Source of the DNA: Myxococcota bacterium
Lineage (GTDB): Bacteria; Myxococcota_A; UBA9160; JAFDDA01
Length of the DNA stretch: 64,000 bases
NCBI GenBank assembly: GCA_965228475.1
Contig: OZ245817.1
Location: forward strand, 2,560,001 to 2,624,000
Direction of reading: 5' to 3'
Shown: positions 29,169 to 38,145 of the stretch, one piece after another
Position numbering within the stretch: position 1 is the stretch's first letter
Layout of the letters: the number at the start of each line of letters is the position of its first letter
Made by a program: the position numbers and the translations under genes
The notes under the pieces: generated by a model
Database searches by the model: none
Told to the model about the DNA's origin: nothing
What the model saw: only the letters and a program-made list of their open reading frames with translations

Positions 29169-30133
29169 CTTCGCCCTGACTCCGTGCCGGCCCTCTCGGG
29201 GGCTCGCATCCCACCCGCTCCCGCAGCGGCCGTCACCTCCTCGAGGGCGTTGGCGTATCCGCTGCCGTCGGCCAGACGCCAATCTTCGCAATTCGCGCAC
29301 GGCCCCGCATCGGCGAAGCGGCCCTCCTTGTGGGCTCGCCGGCGCCGTTCGAGTTCGGCTCCGCGCCAGATCGCCTCGATCGTGGCGTCCGGATCCTCGG
29401 CGAGGCTCCCGAGCGGGGCCGCAGCGTCCCAGTCGGCGCCGCACATCGTGACGGTTCCGTCCTGGAGCACCATCAGGGATTCGAAGAGCCAGCGGCACGG
29501 CGGCCGGGCGTTTCCCAGCGGAGGCCGTGCCTCCGCAATGGCGCCGCCGAACGGCGCGGGGGCGATCGTCATGACGAAGTCTTCGCTCCCGAGATCGGCG
29601 CGCCAGCCTCCCACCAGTTCCGCCAGGCGCGCTTCGACCTCGGGGGTGCGCATGAACTGGATCGAGGTGACCGGCTTGCGCAGGCCCCGCTCCCGCTTGC
29701 GGGCGAGGAAGGCCCGGACGTTGCGATCGACGCGCTCGAAGTGGTCACGCCCGCGCATCTCGCGGTAACCGGCGCGGTCGTCGGCATCGAGAGAGCACTC
29801 GAGCCGGTCGAGGCCGCTCTCGAGGAGCGCATCCACCACCGGGCCGCGCAGGGAGACCCCGTTGGTCGAGAGCCCGACCGACGCCACCCCGGCTTCCTTG
29901 GCCGTCCGGACCATCCCGACGAGGCCCCGGTGAAGGAGCGGCTCCCCGAGGAAATGCAGCCAGAGCGAGGTGTCGTGCTGCGCGCACTCCCGCGCCACGC
30001 GGGCGAAGAGCTCCGGGTCCATGAAGCCGAGCGGGCGCGTGAAGCCCTGCCGCGGACACAGCCGACACCGCTGGTTGCAGTGGTTCGTCGGCTCGACGTT
30101 GATCCGGCGCGGGAAGGGCAAGGGAGTGGACAC
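29165..30133 (-). CDS. Radical SAM protein with SPASM/Twitch domain
   Basis: EPTNHCNQRCRLC (CX3CX2C), GEPLLH, STNG, C-terminal C..(DG)..MC..D..CANC; start GTG 30133 or ATG 30151. Confidence 0.88.
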   Translation of the reverse strand: MSTPLPFPRRINVEPTNHCNQRCRLCPRQGFTRPLGFMDPELFARVARECAQHDTSLWLHFLGEPLLHRGLVGMVRTAKEAGVASVGLSTNGVSLRGPVVDALLESGLDRLECSLDADDRAGYREMRGRDHFERVDRNVRAFLARKRERGLRKPVTSIQFMRTPEVEARLAELVGGWRADLGSEDFVMTIAPAPFGGAIAEARPPLGNARPPCRWLFESLMVLQDGTVTMCGADWDAAAPLGSLAEDPDATIEAIWRGAELERRRRAHKEGRFADAGPCANCEDWRLADGSGYANALEEVTAAAGAGGMRAPERAGTESGRR

Positions 30134-30230
30134 GGCGCCCGATGGTATCATCGCCGGGACGGCGCCGAATGAGCGGCAAGACTCGCACGAGGAATCGCCG
30201 CGCAAGCGGCAACCCGTGCGCAGGAGAACG

Positions 30231-31385
30231 ATGCCGGCGGACCTGATCGACCTGCTGGCCGGCGCGCGCTCGTCGCCGGTCCCCCTCGGGCGCTTCGACC
30301 ACGACGGCATCCGCTGGCGGGCGACCGAGGCCGGGACGTCGGCCGTGCGCGGGTTCTCGGGCTGGCAGGATCTCGCCTCGAATCCGGCCTTTCACCCGCT
30401 GCGCAAGGGGAGCAAGCGGGTCGTCCTGCGCGGGTCCCTACCCGGCGGCCCGGACGTGGTCGTGAAGTCCTCGAGGACGACCTCGCTGCACCTCCATCTG
30501 CTCCACTGGGTCGGACCGACCCGCGAGGGGCGGGAATGGTCCCACCATCTCGACGCCGCCCATCAGGGCCTCCCCGTCGTCGAAGCCCTCGCGCTCGGCC
30601 ACCGCCATCGCTTCGGAACGCCGGTCGAGGGTTTCCTCGTCACCGAGTACTGGCCCCACGATGCGACCCTCGGCGCGCTCGACCGAGCGAGCCTCGCACC
30701 GACGCTGCGATCCCTCGGAGCGGTCGTCGCACGGATGCACGCGGCCGGGCTGCTGCACGGTGACCTGCACCCGGACAACGTGCTCGTCCGTGGCGCGCGC
30801 CCCGCCGAGGCGGGACAGCTGCGCATCGTCGATTGGAAGCACGTCGTGCGCCGACGGAAGCCGGGCGAGGACGCCCTGGCCGAGCAGCTGGCGAAGATCG
30901 TCTGGCAGTTCCGCGCCGCCTCGGTCTTCCGGGGCGGAGGCGATGCGGCGGAGGCCGCATTCTTCGAGGGCTACTTCGCCAACCGGGACCTTCCGGCGCT
31001 GCGCGAGGGGATCGACCGGGCCGTCGCGCGCGCCGGCGCCCGGCGTGCCGACCGGGCGGAGACCCGCTGCGTCGAGACCAACTCGACCTTCCTGCAGGAA
31101 GAGGGACCGGGCTGGCGGCGCATCACGCGGCGCGATCATCGTCCGCGCCTTCCGGCGTCGCTGCTCGCCGCCGAAGGACCGGAGGGCCTCCCGGAGAAGG
31201 CCGAGGCGGAGATCGCCGGCGAGCCGCCCCTGCGCGCCCGCCGCATCGAAGGCACCGAACCCGGGGACACCCTCGCCCCCTGGCGCGCGGCCAATCGCGA
31301 GCACGCCCTCGGCAACGCCCCACTCCCGCTCGCCTGGCTGGAGCGCAGCGAAGGCGGCGGCTGGTTGATCTCGCTGGCCGAATGA
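30231..31385 (+). CDS. Lipopolysaccharide kinase-like protein (Kdo/WaaP/InaA family)
   Basis: AGGAGA RBS; VVVK, REW, FLVTE, HGDLHPDN, IVDW. Confidence 0.75.
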   Translation: MPADLIDLLAGARSSPVPLGRFDHDGIRWRATEAGTSAVRGFSGWQDLASNPAFHPLRKGSKRVVLRGSLPGGPDVVVKSSRTTSLHLHLLHWVGPTREGREWSHHLDAAHQGLPVVEALALGHRHRFGTPVEGFLVTEYWPHDATLGALDRASLAPTLRSLGAVVARMHAAGLLHGDLHPDNVLVRGARPAEAGQLRIVDWKHVVRRRKPGEDALAEQLAKIVWQFRAASVFRGGGDAAEAAFFEGYFANRDLPALREGIDRAVARAGARRADRAETRCVETNSTFLQEEGPGWRRITRRDHRPRLPASLLAAEGPEGLPEKAEAEIAGEPPLRARRIEGTEPGDTLAPWRAANREHALGNAPLPLAWLERSEGGGWLISLAE

Positions 31386-31422
31386 GGCCCGGCGGGCGAT
31401 CCTACCGCCCAAGGAGGCCGCC

Positions 31423-32766
31423 ATGACGACGACGAACTCGTACCTCGCAGGCAACTTCGGTCCGGTTCCCGACGAGCTGACCGCCCTCGACCTCGAGGTG
31501 ACCGGCCAGGTCCCGGAGCAGCTCGAGGGCCGCCTCCTGCGCATCGGCCCGAACCCGATCGACGCCGACCCGTCGAACTACCACTGGTTCACCGGCAACG
31601 GCATGGTCCACGGGGTCCGTCTGCGCGGCGGCCGCGCCGAGTGGTATCGGCGGCGCTTCGTGCGCGACGACGAGATCGTCGCGGCGAAGGGCGGCCCGGC
31701 CGTCCCGGGCCCCCAGCACGCCGACATCGGCGGCGGCATCGTAAACACGAACGTGATCGGCTTCGCCGGCAAGACCTTCGCCCTGGTCGAAGCGGGCAAC
31801 GTCCCGGTCGAGCTCGACTACGAGCTCGAGACCGTCACCCGCACGGACTTCGGCGGCACGCTCCCCGGCTCCTTCACCGCCCACCCCAAGGTCGACCCGA
31901 AGACCGGCGAGCTCCACGCCCTCACCTACTTCTTCGGCTGGGACTTCGTGCAGTACGTCGTGGTCGGAACCGACGGCCGCGTGCGCAAGACGGTGAACGT
32001 CCCGACGCCCGACAAGCCGATGATCCACGACTGTTCGATCACGGAGAACTGGTTCCTCTTCCTCGACCTCCCCGTGATCTTCGACGCCCAGATGATCCTC
32101 GACGGGCACACCCTCCCCTACCGCTGGGAAGAGGATCGCCCGGCGCGGGTGGGCATGCTCCCGCGCGACGGAAGTGCCGAGGACGTGGTGTTCGCCGAGG
32201 TCGAGCCCTGCTGGGTCTTCCACCCCTTGAACAGCTACGAGGACGAGGACGGCCGCATCGTGCTCGACGTGGTGCGCCACCCGAAGATGTTCGCCACGGA
32301 CCTGCTCGGTCCGAACGAGGGTGCACCGACCCTCGACCGCTGGCTCGTCGACCCGAAGGGCGGACCGGTGAAGGAGACCCGCCTCGACGATCACGGCCAG
32401 GAGTTCCCGCGCATGGACGAGCGCCGCATCGGCCAGCGGCACCGCTACGGCTACGGCGCCGGCCTGCAGGACGGCGCCTTCGTGGCGGGTGGGCTGCTCA
32501 AGCACGATCTCGAGGCCGGGAAGACCGAGGTCCGCGACGAGGGCGCCCACCGGCAGTTCATGGAAGCCGTGTTCGTGCCCCGCGCGCCGGACGCCGACGA
32601 GGACGACGGCTGGGTCATGACCTACGTCCACGACGCCCGCGCGAACCGCGCGGACGTCCAGATCCTGAACGCCCAGGACATCCAGGGCGATCCGGTCGCG
32701 ACGGTCCATCTGCCCGAGCGCGTGCCCTTCGGCTTCCACTGCAACTGGGTGCCGGACGAGGCCTGA
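31423..32766 (+). CDS. Carotenoid oxygenase / RPE65-family dioxygenase
   Basis: RIGPNP, HWFTGNGMVHG, four Fe-ligand His (TAHPK, MIHD, VFHP, GFHCNW), EFPR, EAVFVP, EDDGW. Confidence 0.93.
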   Translation: MTTTNSYLAGNFGPVPDELTALDLEVTGQVPEQLEGRLLRIGPNPIDADPSNYHWFTGNGMVHGVRLRGGRAEWYRRRFVRDDEIVAAKGGPAVPGPQHADIGGGIVNTNVIGFAGKTFALVEAGNVPVELDYELETVTRTDFGGTLPGSFTAHPKVDPKTGELHALTYFFGWDFVQYVVVGTDGRVRKTVNVPTPDKPMIHDCSITENWFLFLDLPVIFDAQMILDGHTLPYRWEEDRPARVGMLPRDGSAEDVVFAEVEPCWVFHPLNSYEDEDGRIVLDVVRHPKMFATDLLGPNEGAPTLDRWLVDPKGGPVKETRLDDHGQEFPRMDERRIGQRHRYGYGAGLQDGAFVAGGLLKHDLEAGKTEVRDEGAHRQFMEAVFVPRAPDADEDDGWVMTYVHDARANRADVQILNAQDIQGDPVATVHLPERVPFGFHCNWVPDEA

Positions 32767-32790
32767 GGCCGCCGGGAGGCGCTCAAGCCT

Positions 32791-32815
32791 CCGGTGAATC
32801 CGACCGATTCACCGG
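32791..32815. promoter_or_regulatory. Perfect 10-bp inverted repeat just before the Rieske gene start
   Basis: CCGGTGAATC-CGACC-GATTCACCGG. Confidence 0.55.
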
Positions 32816-32818
32816 GGG

Positions 32819-33925
32819 ATGGCCCGAGAAACTGCGCGCCGAAGAGGGGTCGACGTCCGGCAGACGACCCTCGACCCCGAGCACTGGTACCCGCTCGCCC
32901 TCTCGAGCGAGCTGGCGCGCGGCGGAACCCGGGCGGTCGAGTGGGCCGGCGAGCCGATCGTGCTCTTCCGGACCGCGGACGGCGCCGTGCATGCGCTCGA
33001 GGACCGCTGCCCGCATCGCCAGTACCCGCTCTCGAGAGGGTGCGTCGAAGGCGACGGCCTGCGCTGCGGCTACCACGGCTGGCGCTTCGGCACCGAAGGC
33101 CGCTGCCAGGAGATCCCGAGCCACCCGGAGGCGAGCCCGGCACGCATGCGCGTGCGCCGCTACGCCTGCCGCGAAGCCTACGGGATGGTGTTCGTCCATC
33201 CCGGAGCCGGTCCGGAACCCCGCTTCCCGTTCTTCCCCGGATGGGAGCCCCGGCAGCGGCACTTCCTGCACACGAGCCGCCGCGTCGAATGCCACCCGAG
33301 CTTCCTGTTCGAGAACCTCCTCGACATGACCCATCAGACGCTCCATCGGCGGCTCATGGGAGGCGTGGAGACCGAAACGACCGGCCTCGAGGCTGGCGAT
33401 GGCTTCGTCGAAGCCCGCTATCGCTTCCACCGCGCCACCGGACGCATGCGTCTCGGCGGGCGGCTCGCCCTCGGCAGCGACGTGGGCGATGGAACGCTGG
33501 CGCACGTGACGGTCCGCACCGAGTACCCGTACCAGCTCCTCGAGGCCTGGCGCCCCGGCAGCAACGTGCCGGCGCTTCGCCTCTTCAGCACCTACACGCC
33601 CGTCGGCACGGAGGGACGCGCGTGCAACACCATCGGGGTCGTGGCCTTCCAGAAGCCGCCGGTCCCCGGCGCAGCGCGCGTGCTCGCGCCGATCCTTCGC
33701 CGCTTTACCGAGGCCATCTTCCGCGAAGACCGCGAAGCGGTCGAAGCCGAGCAGCGCGCCTACGACGCCCACGGGAATCAGAACCGTGAGGTCTCCGCGG
33801 CGGTGCTCCGCCTCCAGGATCTTCTCGTGCGGCACTCGCCCGGTGGAAACGAATCCGACGCGCCGGCTCCGCGCCGACGCCAACCGCTCGTGCCGACGAC
33901 GCCCCCGCCCCAGCCGTCGCCGTAG
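32819..33925 (+). CDS. Rieske non-heme iron oxygenase alpha subunit (VanA/KshA-like)
   Basis: CPHR..CGYHGW Rieske motif; ENLLDMTHQTLH mononuclear iron site; EDR. Confidence 0.9.
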   Translation: MARETARRRGVDVRQTTLDPEHWYPLALSSELARGGTRAVEWAGEPIVLFRTADGAVHALEDRCPHRQYPLSRGCVEGDGLRCGYHGWRFGTEGRCQEIPSHPEASPARMRVRRYACREAYGMVFVHPGAGPEPRFPFFPGWEPRQRHFLHTSRRVECHPSFLFENLLDMTHQTLHRRLMGGVETETTGLEAGDGFVEARYRFHRATGRMRLGGRLALGSDVGDGTLAHVTVRTEYPYQLLEAWRPGSNVPALRLFSTYTPVGTEGRACNTIGVVAFQKPPVPGAARVLAPILRRFTEAIFREDREAVEAEQRAYDAHGNQNREVSAAVLRLQDLLVRHSPGGNESDAPAPRRRQPLVPTTPPPQPSP

Positions 33926-34014
33926 CCAGGACATCTCCCTCCGCCCGCCTGCTCGCGCGGTGCACCTGCGAATGAGTCCTTTCCAAGCGCCCCCATCCCG
34001 CCGATACTCGGCCC

Positions 34015-35700
34015 GTGAGTGCCGCGCCCCACACCTCTTCCCGCTGGCTCTGGGGGCCGACGTCGGACCTCCTGCTCGGCTGCGGCGGCTGGTACTTCTT
34101 CGCGTTCGCGGGCCTGTGCCTCTGGGGCGGCGCCATCCGCCAGGGCGGCGGCTTCGAGGCTCTCCCCTACATGACGCTGCTGTTCGGGACGCCCCACTAC
34201 GGCGCGACCCTCCTGCGCATCTACAAGAGCTCCGCCGACCGCCGCGCCTACCGCTTCTTCACGGTCTACGCGACGCTCGCCGTGATCGCGCTGTTCGCCG
34301 TCGGCGTCCACCAGCCCTTCGTGGGCTCGGCGATCCTCACGCTCTACCTGACCTGGAGCCCCTGGCACTACAGCGGCCAGAACTACGGCATCGCCTCCAT
34401 GCTGCTGCGCAAGCGCGGCGTCGCACCGAGCCCGCAGCTGAAGCGGATCCTCTACCTCTCGTTCTTCCTCTCCTTCCTGCTGACCTTCCTCGTGCAGCAC
34501 AGCGGCGGGAGCGGAAGCGACCACTTCGCGCCGCTCTCCTACGCCGGCGCCGGGTACACCTTCCTCCCGCTGGGGCTCCCACAGCCGTGGGCGGGCTACG
34601 CGATCACCCTCGTCGGCCTGGGGTACGTCGGCTCCTGGGTCGTCGGCGCGGCCGGCATCGTGCGCGCGGGAGGCCTTGCGGCCTGCGGCCCGGCCCTCCT
34701 GCTCATGGCGAGCCAGTCGCTCTGGTTCTCGATCCCGCTCGCCGCGCGCTACCTCGACCTCGGCCAGGGCTTCGAGCCGCTCTCGCGCAACTTCACCGAG
34801 TACTACTTCCTCTGGATCGCCGTCGCGCACTCGGTGCAATACCTCTGGGTGACGTCCTACTACGCCCGCAGCAGCGGCGACGACGCCGGGCTCACCGGCT
34901 ACTCCGCCCAGACCATGATGGCCGGGGCGCTCGCCTGGGTGCTGCCCTCGATCGTCTTCGCCCCGGACCTGCTCGGGCGTCTCTCCTACGACGCCGGGCT
35001 CGGCATCCTCGTGGCCTCGGCGGTGAACATCCACCACTTCATTCTCGACGGCGCGATCTGGAAACTCCGCGACGGCCGCGTGGCGAAGCTCCTCCTGCGC
35101 GCGAAGGAAGAAACGCCGCAGGCACCCCGGGAGACCGCCGGCCCCGCCTGGCAGCTCGGCCTCCTCGCCGCCGCCGGCGCGCTCTGCACCGTGCTCCTCT
35201 TCTACGGAAAGTTCGAAGCCGGCCGCGCGAGCGACGCTCTCACGAGCGGGGACACCACCGCCGCGGAAGCTTCGCTGCGACGACTCGCCTGGGCCGGCCA
35301 ATCCTACTCGGAAGGCCACCGCCAGCTCGGCGACCTCCTCGCCGCCGAGCAGCGCGACGGCGCGGCGCTCAGCCACTACGAACGCGCCCTCGAACTACGC
35401 CCGAGCGCCCAGACCTGGCAGGCCCTCGGCGGCCTGAAGCTCCGCCGCAATGACCTCCCGGGCGCCGTCGAAGCCTTCCGCCAGGCCGTCGCCGCCGCCC
35501 CGGACCAGGACGCCCTCCACCACGACCTCGGCGTCACCCTGATGCGTGCCGGCGACCTCGAAGGCGCGCGCGAATCGCTGACTCGCGCACGGGACCTGAA
35601 CCCGCGCCGAGGCATCCACGCGAAGATGCTCGAGCGGGTCGAGGCGGAGCTGACCACGAGAACCTCGACGCCCGCGCTACGGGATGGTCCCGGCCAGTGA
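34015..35700 (+). CDS. His-motif polytopic membrane protein with C-terminal TPR domain, function unknown
   Basis: About 10 TM; PHYGAT, WHYSGQNYG, AHSVQYL, HHFILDGAIW; TPR-like C-terminus. Confidence 0.65.
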   Translation: MSAAPHTSSRWLWGPTSDLLLGCGGWYFFAFAGLCLWGGAIRQGGGFEALPYMTLLFGTPHYGATLLRIYKSSADRRAYRFFTVYATLAVIALFAVGVHQPFVGSAILTLYLTWSPWHYSGQNYGIASMLLRKRGVAPSPQLKRILYLSFFLSFLLTFLVQHSGGSGSDHFAPLSYAGAGYTFLPLGLPQPWAGYAITLVGLGYVGSWVVGAAGIVRAGGLAACGPALLLMASQSLWFSIPLAARYLDLGQGFEPLSRNFTEYYFLWIAVAHSVQYLWVTSYYARSSGDDAGLTGYSAQTMMAGALAWVLPSIVFAPDLLGRLSYDAGLGILVASAVNIHHFILDGAIWKLRDGRVAKLLLRAKEETPQAPRETAGPAWQLGLLAAAGALCTVLLFYGKFEAGRASDALTSGDTTAAEASLRRLAWAGQSYSEGHRQLGDLLAAEQRDGAALSHYERALELRPSAQTWQALGGLKLRRNDLPGAVEAFRQAVAAAPDQDALHHDLGVTLMRAGDLEGARESLTRARDLNPRRGIHAKMLERVEAELTTRTSTPALRDGPGQ

Positions 35701-35782
35701 CCCCGCCGTGTATCCTCCAACGGTAGCCAGTCCGCGGTTGACCAAGTTCAACACGATCTCGCCGACCGGAGGGAATCGCAAC

Positions 35783-36844
35783 GTGTCGCAGTTGAGGCGT
35801 CGATCGAGGTTCCTCCTTCTGGTTACCGCGGCGCTCGTAGCCCCCCTTCTTGTATCGGGCTGCCTTCGGAACCCATCCATCAACGACCTTTCCCGGGCGG
35901 ACCGATCTCGCCTTGCCGGATTGCAGCAGGTCGATGTCTCGGACCTGAGTCCAGCGCACTACCAGATCCTTGAGACAGTCCACGGCATATCCTGCCAAGT
36001 CACCACCTTCGAAGGTCCGCCCACATATCAAGAAGCGATGGACGGCCTCCGTCGTCGCGCAGCGCAGGCCGGAGCAGACGCCGTCGCGAACGTTGCCTGC
36101 GAAAGAACCGGCCTGTCGTGGTCGAACAACTGTGCCGATTCTATCGAGTGCATCGGCGAAGCGATCGCGCTCTCTGAACAGATCACTCCGCGCGACCATC
36201 CTGGCAATGCCTCTCCTGCCGCCTTGGGAACCGGCTGGTTCCTCCGAAACGGGCTCGTGGTTACGAACGAACATGTGGTTCGCGGCCGATCCCGAATTTC
36301 TCTCGTCTTACCCTCAAGAGAGGCGGTCCCTGCAAGGGTCATCGCAGCAGACGCACGCAACGACTTGGTGCTCCTTGAGACCGATGGCGGGTTCGAGCGC
36401 CCCAACGGAATCCTGCTATCCCAGGAACCTACCGACCCCGGGGCGGAGGTTTGGACGATCGGTCACCCGCACTCGAACTTTATGGGACCAGAGCCGAAGG
36501 TCACTAGCGGAATCATCAGCGCAGCAACGGGGCTTGGCGGAGATCCACGATTCCTACAGACAACGGTCTCGATCCAGCCTGGAAACAGCGGCGGCCCACT
36601 ACTGGACATGCGAGGTGTTGCGGTAGGCGTGGCGACCAAGAAGCTAGATGCTCGAGCCGTCTTCGAGATGACAGGCGACTTGCCCGAAGGAGTTTCCTAC
36701 GCGATCAAGGCGATCTACGTCCGTGCCTTGGTCGAATCGACCGGACGTCGATCAGCGGCAACGTCACACGAACCGGTGAACCCTTCCCTAGCCGATGTCG
36801 TCAAGAGAGTCCGCGGGTCTGTTGTCGGAATCGTGGCCCAATGA
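35783..36844 (+). CDS. Lipoprotein: RcsF-like domain fused to a trypsin-like (S1) serine protease
   Basis: Lipobox LVSGC; four-Cys RcsF-like segment; catalytic TNEH, NDLVLL, PGNSGGPL; codon usage less GC-rich than flanks; start uncertain. Confidence 0.75.
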   Translation: MSQLRRRSRFLLLVTAALVAPLLVSGCLRNPSINDLSRADRSRLAGLQQVDVSDLSPAHYQILETVHGISCQVTTFEGPPTYQEAMDGLRRRAAQAGADAVANVACERTGLSWSNNCADSIECIGEAIALSEQITPRDHPGNASPAALGTGWFLRNGLVVTNEHVVRGRSRISLVLPSREAVPARVIAADARNDLVLLETDGGFERPNGILLSQEPTDPGAEVWTIGHPHSNFMGPEPKVTSGIISAATGLGGDPRFLQTTVSIQPGNSGGPLLDMRGVAVGVATKKLDARAVFEMTGDLPEGVSYAIKAIYVRALVESTGRRSAATSHEPVNPSLADVVKRVRGSVVGIVAQ

Positions 36845-36879
36845 GCCGCAGGCAGGTCCGCTCAACGGATATGGGCAGT

Positions 36880-36916
36880 TGGTGGGCCCTGCGGGGCTCC
36901 AGCCCGCGAACCCGGA
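36880..36916 (-). repeat. Degenerate copy of the tRNA-Lys 3' end (att-like direct repeat)
   Basis: TGGTGGGCCCTGCGGGGCTCCAGCCCGCGAACCCGGA aligns with 38036-38073 TGGTGGGCCCTGTGGGGCTCGAACCCACGACCCTCGGA. Confidence 0.75.
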
Positions 36917-37048
36917 CCAAGAGAAGAACCGAGTAGTCAGCGCGGCCCGCGCCAGAGCCGGCTGCGCGCAATCCCGCGGAGGATCGCGGCACCGAGCGCC
37001 GTCCGCGGCCCCACGTCCTTATTGCAGCCCCGAGGTAGCTAGGGTCCG

Positions 37049-37801
37049 TCAGCGCCCGATGTCTTCGGCACTCCAGCGCGAGGCTACGGGTCTTCGTGTC
37101 TGAGCAAGGCGGCCTAGCTCCAGTAGGCGCGTCCGGGCGATTTCCGGCGGAACGTCGAACGCGATCGCTATCAACTTCACGAACTCTCGATCGTCCGAAA
37201 CGGGCAGCCTGAGTTTGCGAACCGACTGGATGTCCCTGGCCGTACGGTCAACCGCACTCCGGAGTGGCTGGCGAGGCATCATCAGCGCCGAGGCGAACCG
37301 CGTCGCTTGCCACTCCATCCACCGTCTCGCGGGCGGGTCAGTCAGGACGTCAGCCTCGGTATCGGTCAACGTATCGTAGTTGCCTCGAAGCACTTCGAGA
37401 TTTCTATGGAGAACGAAATGCGCAAACTCGTGGGCCAGCACGCAACGCCGAAGGTCTGAGTTCGAGACTCGCCAATCAAGGAGTATCGCCGGCTGCGGCC
37501 GAAAGACACAGGTCCCGACCAGCACGCCGCGCTGCCGCCCTGGATTCAGATCGCAGATTTCAAAAACGAGCGTCCCGGCGGCGTCGAGCGAGACGATGTG
37601 CTCCTCGATGCTCACCGGCCGAGGCACTCGCAGTGCATTGCCATCGAAACTGGAGAGTTCGTCTTCTGCTAGCTGTTCAAGGTCCCGCGCGGAGTGATAC
37701 GGGACGCCGGAGGAGTCTACTTGGGTCAATTCTCCTTCTACGCCTTCCTGGAGGTCTTGGAGCCGATCAGATAGTGAGAGGGTTGACCAAGAAAGTAGCA
37801 T
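37049..37801 (-). CDS. ImmA/IrrE-family metallo-endopeptidase
   Basis: RRCVLAHEFAHFVLH (HExxH) and MEWQATRFASALMMP; start uncertain. Confidence 0.85.
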   Translation of the reverse strand: MLLSWSTLSLSDRLQDLQEGVEGELTQVDSSGVPYHSARDLEQLAEDELSSFDGNALRVPRPVSIEEHIVSLDAAGTLVFEICDLNPGRQRGVLVGTCVFRPQPAILLDWRVSNSDLRRCVLAHEFAHFVLHRNLEVLRGNYDTLTDTEADVLTDPPARRWMEWQATRFASALMMPRQPLRSAVDRTARDIQSVRKLRLPVSDDREFVKLIAIAFDVPPEIARTRLLELGRLAQTRRPVASRWSAEDIGR

Positions 37802-38035
37802 TCACTTCACAGGTTCCCTACATCCCGGAGCACCCCTCCACACCAAGTCTCCCCGCAACTCGACACACGCCCGTTGGGTCGCCGATCAACTCGGTCACTC
37901 TGACCCGGCTTTGACTCTCCGGGTCTGTGCCAACGCGTTGCGGGAGGCCGACACGGGCCTCTGTTCTGCCGCGTCCAGCGCCCCCGGCCGGCCCTATGCG
38001 GCCCCCCATGTGGATGAACGGACGATGATCTGAAG

Positions 38036-38111
38036 TGGTGGGCCCTGTGGGGCTCGAACCCACGACCCTCGGATTAAAAGTCCGGTGCTCTACCAACTGA
38101 GCTAAGGGCCC
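38036..38111 (-). tRNA. tRNA-Lys (anticodon TTT)
   Basis: GGGCCCTTAGCTCAGTTGGTAGAGCACCGGACTTTTAATCCGAGGGTCGTGGGTTCGAGCCCCACAGGGCCCACCA, 76 nt, cloverleaf, encoded CCA. Confidence 0.97.
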
Positions 38112-38145
38112 GGGCCGAGGTTAGCGCGCCGCGCGGGGCCTGCGG

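Larger units (their letters stand above)
36880..38073. mobile_element. Remnant genomic islet integrated at tRNA-Lys (no integrase left)
   Basis: Bounded by the tRNA 3' end and its degenerate copy; lower GC; carries an ImmA/IrrE gene. Confidence 0.6.

Noticed and set aside
36880..36916. Possible second tRNA gene
   Set aside because: Only the acceptor 3' strand and T-arm are present, with a mutated T-loop and no D or anticodon arm; treated as an att-like remnant
37818..38096. 92-aa ORF
   Set aside because: Starts inside tRNA-Lys; typical spurious tRNA-derived translation
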